Shown: positions 14,747-27,533 of the stretch, one piece after another
How positions within the stretch are numbered: position 1 is the first letter of the stretch
Layout of the letters: each line of letters starts with the position of its first letter
From: Enoplolaimus lenunculus
Taxonomy: Eukaryota
Direction of reading: 5' to 3'
Length of the DNA: 64,000 nt
Assembly (NCBI GenBank): GCA_030248215.1
Contig: JASANG010002922.1
Location: 186,001 to 250,000 of the forward strand
Notes under the pieces: model-generated
The model's input: the letters and a program-made list of their open reading frames with translations, nothing else
What the model was told of the DNA's origin: nothing
The model's database searches: none
Position numbers and translations under genes: made by a program

Positions 14747-16298
14747 ACGTCCCTTTGTACTTCCAAGAATGCATGATACTAGAACGTGCAGCGCACGGCG
14801 TACCGCATGGTACAAAATCTACCACCGGGCGTTTGTATACTCATGCTGAAATATAAATCATCCAGTCTTTGTACCTCCAACATGGCATGATACAAGCGTA
14901 TGCAACTCTACTGGTTAAGCATCTCACAAATTGTACCACCGGACGTTCCGTTTTTTGTCGACCCTTTCTTACTTAGAGGGTGTCGCTGTCGCATGTATTA
15001 ACCCAAAATTAAAACTATAAGCAGAGTATTTTTGATGCCAGATACATAAAGCGGCATGGTTTGCACACATTGTACCCTCTCTAAATAAAGGGGATGTAAA
15101 GTAAAAACGTAACGTGCGCTGGGTACTTTCTTTGTACATAGAATGTCCGAAGTTGCACACTCTTTTAAACGGCGAAAATGGGACAGCTGCAAATGTTTGC
15201 TGGCGAAAACGGAAAAATGGCACAGAAACTCATTGTCGATGGTAACGAGTCATTATCGACGCTTGGAACTGATGATTTGGTTTATTTTTGTGGAGGTATT
15301 TTGATGAAAACAGAAAAGTATTTCTCGTATCACAATTGAGTGGGCTAAAACGATTTCGCACAAATATTTGATGAGTTTTATGTTTTGTATTACGTAATTC
15401 AAAAATGTTCATCAAATTTACGCGTAAAATTTCAATCGAAACGTGTTCAAAACTTGGGTTCTGTTTTTGATTGCTTCCCACGTCCGCTTAGCAGTGCCTC
15501 CTGAGCCATAAATGGTTCGATATTGAAATTATTTGGATCCATGTAAAAGATTCTGGTCGGAATGGTTTCTGCGGACCTGCCATAGAGTAAGCTTAAGGGC
15601 CGATTAGTATCCGTATTCCCGCTGTTTGCAAAACGCCTTTTTTATAGAAATTTATGATTTTGTTAAAAACCAATGTTTGAAATCTGTTGAATCCCTCGAG
15701 TCTGATTAACATTTAAAACAACTCAAAGTTCTGTTTCAGCTTGACGCTCAAACATTGAGTCTAAAAGTACAAACAACCTTGAATTGCAATTGTAGTCGGT
15801 CCCAAAATTATTCGGCGGTACCCAAGCCCCCTTCCCCAAAATCAGTTTCTGCGAACACCTCTGGTAATATTCTAGGCGAAAAATATAAAGCCTTTGTTGT
15901 ACAAAGTACCGTGTTAGCGACCGTGTGAAACGTCAACCACAGCATGAGAATTTAAAACTCACTACAGGATTTGAGCTGATTTATACAAATTGTCAAAATC
16001 AGACACCACAATATTTTGTAGTTGTGGCCAGAATAATATTTGGTAACAGCAAGGATTATATATAGCAGTTAGGAACGTAGACCATTCTGGACTGAAGAAC
16101 GCTATATTAGGCTCGTGCCAGAAAAGTCAGCGAGCAAACGCAACGAGCAGAAAAACGTTTTCGACATCATCGTTTGATGAGAGTATATTCTAAAGTCTGC
16201 TCACTTGGCTGTTGTTGTCATCCAGCGAAAGTTTTAATTACGGAGATATATCCCCCCGTTCAACTGCTTTACGCCCTTTTCTGTGTATGTGAAAATCA

Positions 16299-16505
16299 CA
16301 CTGCAAAAAATGTTGAGTCAAATTGACTCTCTGAAATAGGCTCTACGGGACTACACAAACTGAGTCAAATTCGACTCCGCCAGAGTCAAATTAGACCCAC
16401 TGAATCGCACGTTTGACTCTGGTGGAGTCGAATTTGACTCAGTTTGTGTAGTCCCGTAGAGCCTATTTCGGACAGAGTCAATTTGACTCACAATTTTTTG
16501 CAGTG
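16299..16505. mobile_element. Palindromic CACTG-ended MITE family A
   Basis: CACTGCAAAAAAT..GAGTCAAATTGACTCT ... AGAGTCAATTTGACTCA..ATTTTTTGCAGTG, close to a full hairpin. Copies at 25727-25934, 26093-26250, ~31211-31350 (partial), ~37088-37302 and 40365-40584. Confidence 0.85.
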
Positions 16506-16638
16506 CCGACGACCAATATCTCAGATATGGGTGCAACCTAAAACATGTCTTTTCAAGTCTTAATTTGTTATCTCGAATTTGAATTTACGTGAGTAGATAA
16601 AGATAACAGTGGTTAACTAATACCAAATTATCAAACGC

Positions 16639-17101
16639 GGCCATGTAAAGATCAGGAGCGGAACGTTTTTCTGTGGGACTAGAATAGAGTAAGCAAAGCT
16701 TTAGACTAAGTTTTTGCTTGGCTTAGGCTTACGCTTCGGCTTAGGCTTAGGAATATGCTCATTCTTACGCTTAGGCTTAGACTTAGGCTTAGGCTTACGC
16801 TTAGGCTTAGACTTAGGCTTAGGCTTACGCTTAGGCTTAGGAATATGCTCATTCTTACGCTTAGGCTTAGACTTAGGCTTAGGCTTACGCTTAGGAATAT
16901 GCTCATTCTTACGCTTAGACTTAGGCTTAGGCTTACGCTTAGGAATATACTCATTCTTACGCTTAGGCTTAGACTCAAGCTTGGGCTTACGCTTAGGAAT
17001 ATGCTCATTCTTACACTTAGGCTTAGACTTAGGCTTAGGCTTACGCTTATGCTTAGAGATATGCTTATAATACTGTCCCGCCCCTGTTCTTTACATTGGC
17101 C
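16639..17101 (+). mobile_element. TTAGGC-carrying MITE, subfamily A, with expanded telomere-like array
   Basis: GGCCATGTAAAGATCAGGAGCGGAAC ... GTCCCGCCCCTGTTCTTTACATTGGCC termini enclose ~350 bp of TTAGGC/TTACGC/TTAGAC units punctuated by GGAATATGCTCATTC. Confidence 0.85.
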
Positions 17102-17756
17102 GAACTACGCATAGAAATTCATGAAAAATTACACCAAATGCGTGGGTGTGTTTCCAGTTCAAAAAAATTTCTCAATTTATCGAACGAAGAACTAAGATCT
17201 ACGTTCGTACATATCAATTGCATGTGACTTGCTGCATGGTGCCGTGTTTGTAAACAGCAATTTTTTAACTTGCGGCGCTGGTCAGTCGCAGCCTGAAAAG
17301 TATAGCGTCACCATTGACCCATTCTCGCATGAATATTTTCAATTTCATATGAGATGTAAATTTCAAGGTAAGATTCGATACTCAGTCTCTCGGGTGGGAG
17401 GTGTTTACGATGACCACACATCTACAGGAGCCTGACGCTAGAGGCCGAGGGAACACTCATGTCCTGTAGAGATTTTGCGCTGCACATATATGTTAGAATT
17501 TTTAAACACTGCTCACAGTGTCTGTGTTGCTTGTATATTACTTGTATTTAGTTGCTCATAGTACACTCTAAAGTTAAAGGGTTAAATCGTTGACCACACC
17601 GTAAGTGGTTTAGAAGATTTAGGCAAATCAGACGCTGTAAGCGTCCTAATAAAGACAGCCAAATGCTGAAATTTTTATGTTTTACTTTTTTTCGTTATTT
17701 TATATTATGTTTGCTCTGTTAACGACAAATAATCTGCTGTCCACCAAAAAAAATAA

Positions 17757-20700
17757 ATGTACGAACAACAACCTGATCAACGCATAACAAACGATATTAC
17801 AGTAGTTGGCGTAGAATCACCTGCAAATCATTCATCGTTCGAAGACGACAAAAGTCCTCCAGTGCTTGACTCACAGCCCGATTTAGTCTCAGCAAACAAA
17901 AAACAAACTGCTGGCGACGGGGATACAAGAAAATTTCATCAAAAACTGTGGCATAACGCTCGAAATATGATGTCACGGACCGGAGCAGGGACTGGAGACT
18001 CCAAAATGACGTCATCTTCAACTGAAAACGGCTACAATCACCACGAGCGGTTGGGTAAGAAAAAATCAGCCGGAAGCGGAAGTAATACATCGACAGAAGA
18101 ATCACCTACCTTTCACAGGTATACGCCTGGTGCATTGCCGGTGTCGTACGGTGCTTCGTTTGATTTAGATCAGGAAACCACGGCACGGCACCAAGTACTA
18201 CCCCCGGTAACAGATATAGCTGCATCCCGGGGTGGAAAAGCTCCGACTCGAGCTCTGAAGCTTGCCAACATACCACCCGGACAATCTATCGATAGTCGTA
18301 GTCGTCCACTACCACCGTCACCTGGTAAACCACCACCGTTGACACCAAAAAAGTTGCTCAGTCTAAGCACTTCAGAATCTTCTCCTACTCTGTCGACCCC
18401 GTCGCCCCCTGTTCCTCCGTCAAAACACTCGCAAACTGCTGGAAACATCCGTCGCTTGCCTGATACCCCTGGTAGTCCTCACAAATCACCGCCTGCCAAA
18501 CATACAGCCAACAACAGTGGATCGAATGCTGGAGGGTTAGGAGGACGAAACAACCTTAGGGGTGAAGGAAAACGAGACAGAGACAACGAAACAGGAGGAA
18601 CAATCAGCGGTGGTGGTGGTGGTGGTGGTGGCGCAGCAAAGGTATTCAATTATTTAAGCAAACGAGGCGGATCGGCAGATCAAGGAGACATCTGCCCAAC
18701 GTACCAATCGTTTGACAATTTGGATCCGCCAGACTATGAAACGAGGCCGCTGCCTCCGAGTCCTCCGCAAATGAAGCCGGCAACGTCTCCGAATGCTAAA
18801 TCGATGCCTTCGGCTCCCGCGCCGCCGCCCGCAGGCCCTCCACCCCCGGGGCCACCACCTCCTCCTGCGACAAACTTAGGGTCACCTCCGCCGCCACCCC
18901 CGCCTGGTCCCCCTCACCCACCACCGCCTTTGGAATCCGATGAACCGGATGAAAATTTAAGTGAGTATAGGACGCATAAAAACACGGGCACTTTTATGGT
19001 TCTCCATACAGTGTAAAGGTCTTTCCACCGCAAACGTTCCACGTATAGTTACTGCCGGTAACAGTGGTATAAGCATATTCCTAAGCTCAAGCCTGTTCAA
19101 AACATTTCCACTGTGTGGGGAGAAACTACAAAAGTGACCGAGAATGTATTCATTAGCTTTTCTATTATAAATCGCTTACAAACTATCACAGCGTCAATTG
19201 GTTTACTCCAAGCCATTTTCGACACTAAACTTAGCAGACTTAGCAATAATGTAAAAGAGCTTACAGGTGCAGTTACTCAATTATTTTTCGTCGCAATAAC
19301 ATTTTTTGCTTCTTTGGCTGTTATTCTTCAGATATCTAACCTGTCCCATATTTTATGGAGCCTGTGTGATAAGTATAAGCCTACGTCTACGCCTAAACTT
19401 TGACATTTGTCTAACGGTAAGTTATTAGCAAACATTAAAGCCCTATACACGTGTGCAAGTTTTTGCAGTAAAAAATTGCACGTGCAACTTGCATGCGAAA
19501 TGCGGCCCCAAATAAAAAGGTTTGCAGTTCGTGCAGCTGCAAATTATCACTGGAATTCACGCTATTTTATTTAATTTAATTCGCACCTGTCAACGTAGTT
19601 GCAAGTTGCTTGAATTTCTTGCACTTGCATTTTGACCGGCCAATCCGAATGTTCCTTTGCTAATACTTGCTGCTGCATATGATTCGTGCAAGTTGTGGCT
19701 GCGAGTTCTTGTTGCAAATACTTGCACGTGTATAAATACGGCTTAAGACTAAACCAAAAGCTTAACCGAAACATAAGCCTTAGGTTAACCCTAAGCCTAA
19801 CCAAAACACAAGCTTCCCTTTTTCTTAATTTTCTACGTTACGCTGTACCACCAGATTGGACACACACACCGCTCTAATTAACCAGGGCATTTAGCCACAC
19901 CCTTTGAAGTTAAAATCGAAAAATGCATTTTAGCACCGACATCCCGACCGGTTCAACAAGAAAGTTCTCAGCCTCCGAAACCGACGGTGACGTCACCCGT
20001 GACGCAGGCTCCTCCAAAGTCAAAGTCAAAAAAACTCGGAACTGTCCGGCAGAAAGGAAAACAACGATTGAACAAAGACGATATTGGATTACCGCAAGAT
20101 TTTGTGTAAGACCCAGTTTGAAAACGGGTCCGCGGCCGGGAGGATGGCGAGAGGGGCTCAGGCTCAAGAAAAAAGTTTGCCCCCTCGTCTTTGATCATAT
20201 TTAGCAAAATTTGATGAAATTCCTGTATGCTTCCTACTTAATGAATTTTTATAGCCTGCAGTATGTCGAGATGGTTACGGGTTTGATTAAAACGCGTTTA
20301 AATGATGGTTTAAAACAAGACTTTTGGTGGCTTAGTATTCAAATCAATAGCTGGTGAAAGTAGGGCCAGGTATGCCTAACCCCGGTGTAAAAGTTTTAGA
20401 AAAAATCTTTTAGAGTTGCTAAATCTTTACTCAAAAAACCAACACATATCCCAAGTTACCCAAGTGGTGACAAAAAATTACGAAATTCCATTCGATGAAA
20501 AATAGTAAGTAAAAATACACAGAAAATGCTATATTCTATGCCCATATTCTCAAATGCGTATAGCACAATAGTTTCCAAACTAACGGAACCAAAAAACGGA
20601 TTTCAAGATTAGAGGATATTTTATTTTTTGTATTTAGTGGTTTAACTAAAAAGTTCAAAGTTACGGGTATTTAAATTCAACCGCTATATTTGTTTAAAAC

Positions 20701-23700
20701 GGTTTTTAGTGTGCTTTCAGCCACTTAGTCCACGTCGGATGGGATCCAAACAAAGGATTTAGCGATTCGGTAAAATATCCACAACAGTCAAGCTAATACC
20801 TATTGAGATGTCCTTGAAGTACTTAGAAGGGCGCTGGGCAGTAAGGATCCAGGATATTCAGACAGAGGGGTCGGCTCAAAATTTTTTAGAAAATCCCAGC
20901 ACAAAAGCTAAAATGTATCGGTTCTTGTACATTGCCTTTCCACAGGCTTAGGTTTGATTTGCTCAGGCTTAGGCTTAGGCTTAAGCTTAGCTTATGGAGA
21001 GGCTTTTTCGAACCTGAAATAAGACTATGCCTAAGCTTATGCCAGCCTGAACCTAAACATTTTAGACTAAATCTTTGCCTAAAGATGTGTGGACCAATGT
21101 ATAGAACGAAATCGTGATAGTATGTTAGCATATTCCTAAGCCTAAGTCCAAGCCTAAGCATAAGCCTACGCGTAAGAATGAGCTTATACCTAAACCTAAG
21201 TCTAAACCCAAGCAAAAATATATCTTAAGCTTAAGCGTACTCTATTGCAGTCCAGCAGAAAAATGTTCCGCCCCTGATCGATTTATAAGACGACGTGGGG
21301 AACGTATAAACCGACCATCCATATACAGCTTAACGTAAACAGGTAACAGCTTTAATGGTGCGAAACTTTTCATAAATAGGGAATTACGAAACATGGATTC
21401 GGCACTGAAACCAACATTATTGTTCAAACTTCGTGATATCCATTGTTTATTGATTTTTAAATCATTAAAAATATTAAACTTCCGAAACATCGATTTCGAC
21501 AATATTTGAATTTGAATCAAACTTTTACTCCTGATAAATTGTGAAACCATTTTGTTGTCACGTTGAAACTTTACCAGACTACAAATACCGTTTGTCAGCG
21601 ATGTCTGATCTGCCCGCGAGTCGTAAATAGCTAAACAATTTTATATTCTTGGGTTCGTTAAATGCAAATATAAATTGAAATTTTCTAAACTTTGAAAACT
21701 TTCTAACATCCTTCTCTGTTTAATGGCTGTTTAACAATTTGAATCTACTATTTGATAGTTAAGAAATCAAAATTTTTTAGCATGCGAGCAGTGGAACCGA
21801 TAAAGCAGACCTGCTTAGTAAAGAAATCAAGGTAAGTGAATCTTTAGGCCATCAACACTACGCCAACTGTTGGCAAAGCTTTGAGAATTAAAATTAATGC
21901 ATCTTCCACAATAACTAGCGTACACTATGCCTAACATTTTCATGCCTGTTATATAGAGGCCGAATGTATAGGAGCGAGTCAAGAAATTTTTCAGGCAGGT
22001 GGTGGCTTATATTTTATGAAAATACCTCGCGAGCGAGAAACTATACGCCATTGTAGTGGCACAAATGAACTATTTGTAAGGTATGGATGTTGCAATTTTT
22101 CTTAAAAAATATTCTAACCAGGATCCGAACAGAATATAGCTAAAGATCCCTCGGAAAAGAAGCGAGCGTCAAGCCAACCCTAACTTTCGTGACACAAAAG
22201 TAAAAATGTATAACGTAGGGACCTTACCATTTTACCATAAAAAATTTTTGACGCGGGCGCACCACCCTCGTCCTTTTATAGATTTGCCGCTGACCTTGTA
22301 CACGACGAACGCAAACCTATCAAGCACAGGTTACAATCACACCTGCAAGTCGTTTGAATTTATTGCACTTGTATTTCAACTGAACTTCTGTGATGGCCAT
22401 TCAATTCGCGTTTCAAACCATATTCAAATATCGATTTAAAATACAATTTCAATGTTGCAGGATTTGTTAAAAAGTATTGGAGTCAAAGTAAAAAGCAAAA
22501 GCGATCAACAGTTTGTTTCGGCATTTCTCGAACAACACGGCGGCGTCGAACAGTTACGACGCGAAGTCCAAGGCAAAAAGACGCCTAAATCGAAAGGTGA
22601 CGGTTTGTCTTAGACTTAGATTCAGCCAGTTTGCCTGCCAAACTGCAGTAGAATGTTTAGTAGAAACGAAACGTAAACATTGCTACTGCATCACCAGTAT
22701 AGTCCCAAGAAACACTGAATGGATTTATAGTCGAGTTGCTTTGATCACCCATATTTTTAAATGCGTGTAGCACCTTTTATAACAGTCGGTTGTAGGTCTT
22801 GAATACGGAAATATATCAAAAAATCTGGTTTTAAACGGAGGTGTTAGGTTTAGGCTTAGGCTTTTCAATATACATGGTTGATACTTGTGAGCAACGCGGT
22901 GTGGCGTTGATCGCTCTATAATGCTGTCACATGAGTGATTCTATAAGTGGTAAAAATACAAATCGGTACTAAAGCTAATAATTTGACTCGGCTGTTTACT
23001 GATAAAACGCCCCATGTTACTTTTAGGGCCGTCCCGGTTTCTGGTGGGTTTGTAAAAGAGTAGGCTTACGTTTTAGACTACGTTTTTGCTTAGACTTAGG
23101 CTTAGGCTTAGGAACACGCTTTTGGAACGCTTAGGATTAGGCTTAGGCTTAGAAATACGCTTAATCTACTGTTACAGCCCTAAAAGTAACATTGGCCGAA
23201 AAAATCTTAATCCGCCCGTGGAATCATGTCCTAATCAGTAGACTGCAGTTTATTGCTTCAATTACAAATAGTATCCTTTGCTGCTGTGCTAAAACACTGT
23301 TGTTGACATACTGTTTTGTAAGCTTACATTTTTTTCAGTAAGCGACGCACCGCCACCAGCTCCAGCAAGGACTGATGCTTCTTACGGCCGAAAGTAAGCC
23401 TTAGGCCCTGTATTATAGAGTAATTTTAGCTGATTTTTGGTACTGTAGTAACTCGAAAACTAAGGTGATTGATGACCCGGTTAATCGGTTATAGACTGTT
23501 ATTTGTTTTGCGTCCGGCAACCGCTTATTCGAACATCCATATTTCTGTTATGCGATCTATTCCCTATATTTTTGTTGAATGTTATAATCAAAAGTATTGC
23601 GCATAGTTCTAAGGATTTATACTTTTAGTAAACCAAACCACGTCTTGTATATATACTTCGTGTATATATATTTATATATAAATATATATTATATATAAAT

Positions 23701-26679
23701 ATATATTATATATAAATATATATTATATATTTTAGAAGCATGCATGCGGGACCACCCCCGCCAGCACCTGCTCCAGTTTCCAAATCAGATTCGGCCACCG
23801 GTGCAGGGGGAAATAATGGTCGACAAAATTTGTTATCCGATATTCGAAAAGGTACCGGATTGAAGCATGTTGCACACGTTAACGATCGGTCAGATCCGTT
23901 GATCGCTGCCGGATTTGCGCCACGCCGTCAACCGGCAGGCGCTGGGAAACAAGCAATGTCTCCGGATTCTGTTGGTGGAAGCAGTGCAGGACGAGTAAGT
24001 CGTTGTTTGCATTTCCGGATTCGAATCCGCCCGCCAGGCCATTCCTCGTCCAGAGATGAAAACCAAAATTTTGCATTCAGATTTTAGTATTAAAATTGCG
24101 TTTGGCTTCTCGTTCGCTTCGTTTGTGTTATTTTTCGCTGTAATATATTTCGTAGCTCTGCTGGCGAATAATTTGTAGACACGTAGCTGGTTGTTCTCGA
24201 ATTTAATTATTAATCCGGTAAATTGTAAAAAATATGTTTGTGAGGTTCTGTTTTGTTATATAAACCGGTCCCGTAAACCGATGAGACAAAGGATTTCAGC
24301 ACTCCAAAGAAACAGTTGGCCCCCACTCCGTCGAAAACGTTAGCACCATTTGTAAGTCACGTAAATTCCCCAGATACCCATTCTAAAATTTGTTTTCCCT
24401 GATCGCGTGGCATTTTACGCCTGCTTGATATCCTTTAAAGATACAATTAACAATATTAGCTTAGGCATTCTTTGGCTACATTACTTGTATGCAGTGTAGC
24501 ATGTAAAAGTTCTGAAACAAAAATTACACAAAGGTAAACGGCTTAGCAGGAGGCTGTAGATGGTATAACCAAGGCAGTTCAATAATTTCACTTCGTGATT
24601 AGAGTGATTGGTGTTATTCGGCTTAGGAAAATGTTTGGAGAAAGCTTTAGACTTAAGCTCAGGCTTAGGCTTAGGAAAACGTTTGGAGAAAAGCTATTAA
24701 GAAGCTCAGGCTTAGGCTTAGGAAAAGGTTTAGAGAAAAACTTGAACTAATGTTTTACTTACTTTTTCCGAACAAATAATTTCTAGCTATTTCTTGCCTG
24801 TTCGAAGATCTTTATCGCCTGAAATGGAAGTAGGAAAATATATAAAAAATTACTGAAATTTTAGAAGGTTGAAACATTTTTGCGCCAACTCATACCAAAA
24901 AAAAATATTTTTGTGCAAACTGTCTTTCATCAAAACACTTAAAAACTTGAATGCTGTATTGTTTTCCAGGCATCAGCTCCTGCAGAAACCGCTGAATCAA
25001 TGGACGGCATCGCTGGAGCTCTCGCGCGTGCGATGTTTGATCGTCGCGAAGCAATGTCGAATGGTAAAAAACATTTTTTTTTTAATTTTAAGACAATTTA
25101 TTTCACAAAAAATACACATTTCAATTTGAAAACTCGAAGGTTCCGATTCAATACTGAACGCTGCGTTGACCATAAACGCAACCTCGTTGCACTCGTCGTA
25201 GTTCAAATTTCATTTCAAAACTCAATAACTTCAAGTACGTTTTGTTGCCATCGTATGCTACAGTGAGCCAAAACCTACGCGTTTTGGAGACTGTAGATTT
25301 ATTTTCTTGAGAATGCAATTGACATTTATAGACTCTAATTAGGGTTTAAAGACTCTGTCCGGTTACGAAGTGTTTTATTAGTGATACAGACTTCTATTGA
25401 TTGGGACTCAAAATCAGGACCCTATTTTAGGGTTTAAAGACTCTGTCCGCTTACGAGCTCTTATTAGTGATACTGACTTGTATTTATTGAGACTCATAAT
25501 CGGGACCCTATTTCCCCCCTCTTGTTTGGGTCACTACTGTATAGCTTCCGCATTTACCAAGCAAATAAGCGTCTGGTTTAGGTTTAGGTTACATAAATTC
25601 GGAGTCATGCTATATATGGGCTTACCAAATTTCACTTGTTATAAGGTAGGGTCAACGAAAATCGTAACGTTTACAGCTTAATTATTTGTGATTGAAGTGT
25701 ACGACTCACACAACAATTTGCGCGTACACTGCAAAAAATGGTGAGTCAAATTGACTTTCTCCGAAATAGGCTCTACGGGACTACACAAACTGAGTCGAAT
25801 TCGACTCTGCCCGAGACAAACGTGCGACTCAGTGAGTCGAATTTGACTCAGGCGGAGTCGAATTTGACTCGCTTGTGTAGTCCCGTAGAGCCTATTTCAG
25901 GGAGAATCAATTTGACTCACCATTTTTTGCAGTGTAATAGACGTAAATATATACTCGAGAGATTGCTGCGAGCTAACCCTACCCTAACACGTGTCACAAA
26001 TGGTACCACTCGTTAACTCTACCTCATGTGATTCTCGGACATGCAGCACAATTTCATATTTTGAATGCAGTATAACATTCCTTCAGAAAGTACATTACAA
26101 AAAATGGTGAGTCAAATTGACTCTTTCCAAAATAGGCTTTTCCGGACTATACACAATTTGACTCTGGCGGAGTCGAATTTTGACTCAGTTTGTGTAGTCC
26201 CGAGAAGCCTATTTCGGAGAGAAAAAATTTGACTCACCATTTTTTCAGTATACTATAATTTTAAGACTTTAAAGTTGCATGTTGTAGGTAACCGGGGATC
26301 TTACACACAAAAAAGTATTTCTGAATTTATTCAGAAAAGTATTTTTTGTGGCAAATCTGAAAATTTTTTCTGATATTTAAAACAATTTTTGTAAAATATT
26401 ACAGGAAAACGTTTATTTTCAGACTTTATTTCAAAACTATTTTGAAAACTTTTCTGTTTTATAACAGAAATACTTTTCAAGTGCACCTTGTTAATTATAT
26501 TTCTTAAATGTAATAAATTTTTCTTAAATATCAGAAATATTATTTTGCGTGTAACCTGAACCTAAACCTAATAACCGAACCCTCAAGGTTTAAAACACAA
26601 CCAACTAAATTTTGAAAGTATTTCAGATTCAAGCAGTGATGCTGGTTCTAATTCTGACAACGCTGACTGGGAAGATTGA
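17757..26679 (+). CDS. WASP/N-WASP family actin nucleation-promoting factor (basic region-CRIB/GBD-WH2-C-A), ~690 aa as modelled; no WH1 domain found
   Basis: In-phase exons 17757-18960, 19934-20105, 20721-20769, 21781-21831, 22461-22596, 23339-23393, 23736-23994, 24970-25063, 26627-26679. Basic region plus CRIB: KGKQRLNKDDIGLPQDFVHLVHVGWDPNKGF. GBD helix: LLKSIGV..FLEQHGGVEQLRRE. WH2: GRQNLLSDIRKGTGLKHV. C region: GIAGALARAMFDRREAM. Acidic end: DNADWED*. The true 5' end is uncertain. Confidence 0.88.
19437..19746. mobile_element. Probable PIF/Harbinger-like MITE in a WASP intron
   Basis: Imperfect inverted ends AAGCCCTATACACGTGTGCAAG ... CTTGCACGTGTATAAATACGGCTT, with TTAA/TAA-type flanks and internal TGCAAG/CTTGCA repeats. 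Confidence 0.45.
23009..23197 (+). mobile_element. TTAGGC-carrying MITE, subfamily B
   Basis: GCCCCATGTTACTTTTAGGG ... CCCTAAAAGTAACATTGGCC; flanks GATAAAAC / GAAAAAAT form a degenerate 8-bp TSD. Confidence 0.8.
23648..23730. repeat. (TA)-rich microsatellite directly upstream of a WASP splice acceptor
   Basis: Repeated ATATATTATATATAA units ending at TTTTAG (23735). Confidence 0.85.
25727..25934. mobile_element. Palindromic CACTG-ended MITE family A, intact copy flanked by TA
   Basis: TA|CACTGCAAAAAATGGTGAGTCAAATTGA ... TCAATTTGACTCACCATTTTTTGCAGTG|TA. Confidence 0.85.
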
Positions 26680-26837
26680 GCCAAAGATTATTTTATCAAA
26701 AACAAAATTGTAAACTTTTTTAATTCGTTCAGTTGCAAGTTAACTCAAATCGGTATCGGGTAACCAGTGGGGCGTAGCTTTCATTTTGAGAAATCAACAT
26801 CTGAACAAAGTATTTTCGAGCGAGGGATAACTTATGT

Positions 26838-26986
26838 GGCCCATGTTACTTTTTAGGGACATCCTGATTTCTGGTGGGTCTGTAGCACGGTGCTTACAGT
26901 CCAGAATACATTTTTTTGCTTAGGCTTAGGCTTACGCTTAGGAATACGCTAATCTACTGTTACGGCCCTAAAATGTAACATTGGCC
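26838..26986 (+). mobile_element. TTAGGC-carrying MITE, subfamily B, ~160 nt after the WASP stop codon
   Basis: Terminal inverted repeats GGCCCATGTTAC / GTAACATTGGCC; TSD ACTTATGT / ACTTATCT (7 of 8 identical). Confidence 0.85.
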
Positions 26987-27533
26987 ACTTATCTGGTCTC
27001 TATGATCCAGTAAGGGCTATTGTAGGTAATTCCTGGTAATAGTGCTTTTTTCTAGTTTCTCAAAAATTTTTTGGGGGATATGTCAAGGTTAACCTTATTT
27101 CCATTCCATTCGAGTTGCTTGTTTAATGTATAATAGTTTTCAGTTTATAGTTATGTGATTATGTTACACTTTTTTATTCTTAAATATTATCGCGTTTGAG
27201 AAAACTGTTCCAGATTTTAAGCGCTCAGGTCGTTTTCGGCTAAATGCCTTTTTGAAATGTATGATGATTACCAGAAAGTATTGTCATGTTTTAAAATTTT
27301 CTTTATTTTATGACGCAATCAAGGCTAAGATAAGAGCTACCGCTATTATTTCTACGAAGGCTGTACTTCCGAATAGAATCTATTGTTGTTAAAAATAACG
27401 TGGACAATCTCATTGAGGATATTTGAGACTTTGGACGGTGTTGCTTTTAGGGGTCTCCCAGCTACTAAAACGGAACTACAGTATAGAAATATTAGGCGTA
27501 GATCCATCTTTACGCTTTAGGCTTATAGGTTAG

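Noticed and set aside
14748..14950. Diverged ~115-bp tandem duplication
   Set aside because: Only two decayed units, with no structure or coding signal.
16706..17114. ORFs of LGLGLR / LRLRLT / SLSLS repeats (also 20886-21215, 13560-13799)
   Set aside because: Translations of TTAGGC-type hexamer repeats inside MITEs; open in several frames on both strands.
19923..20204. 93-aa ORF MHFSTDIP...
   Set aside because: Wrong frame; the real exon (19934-20105) is read in another frame and encodes the WASP basic region and CRIB start.
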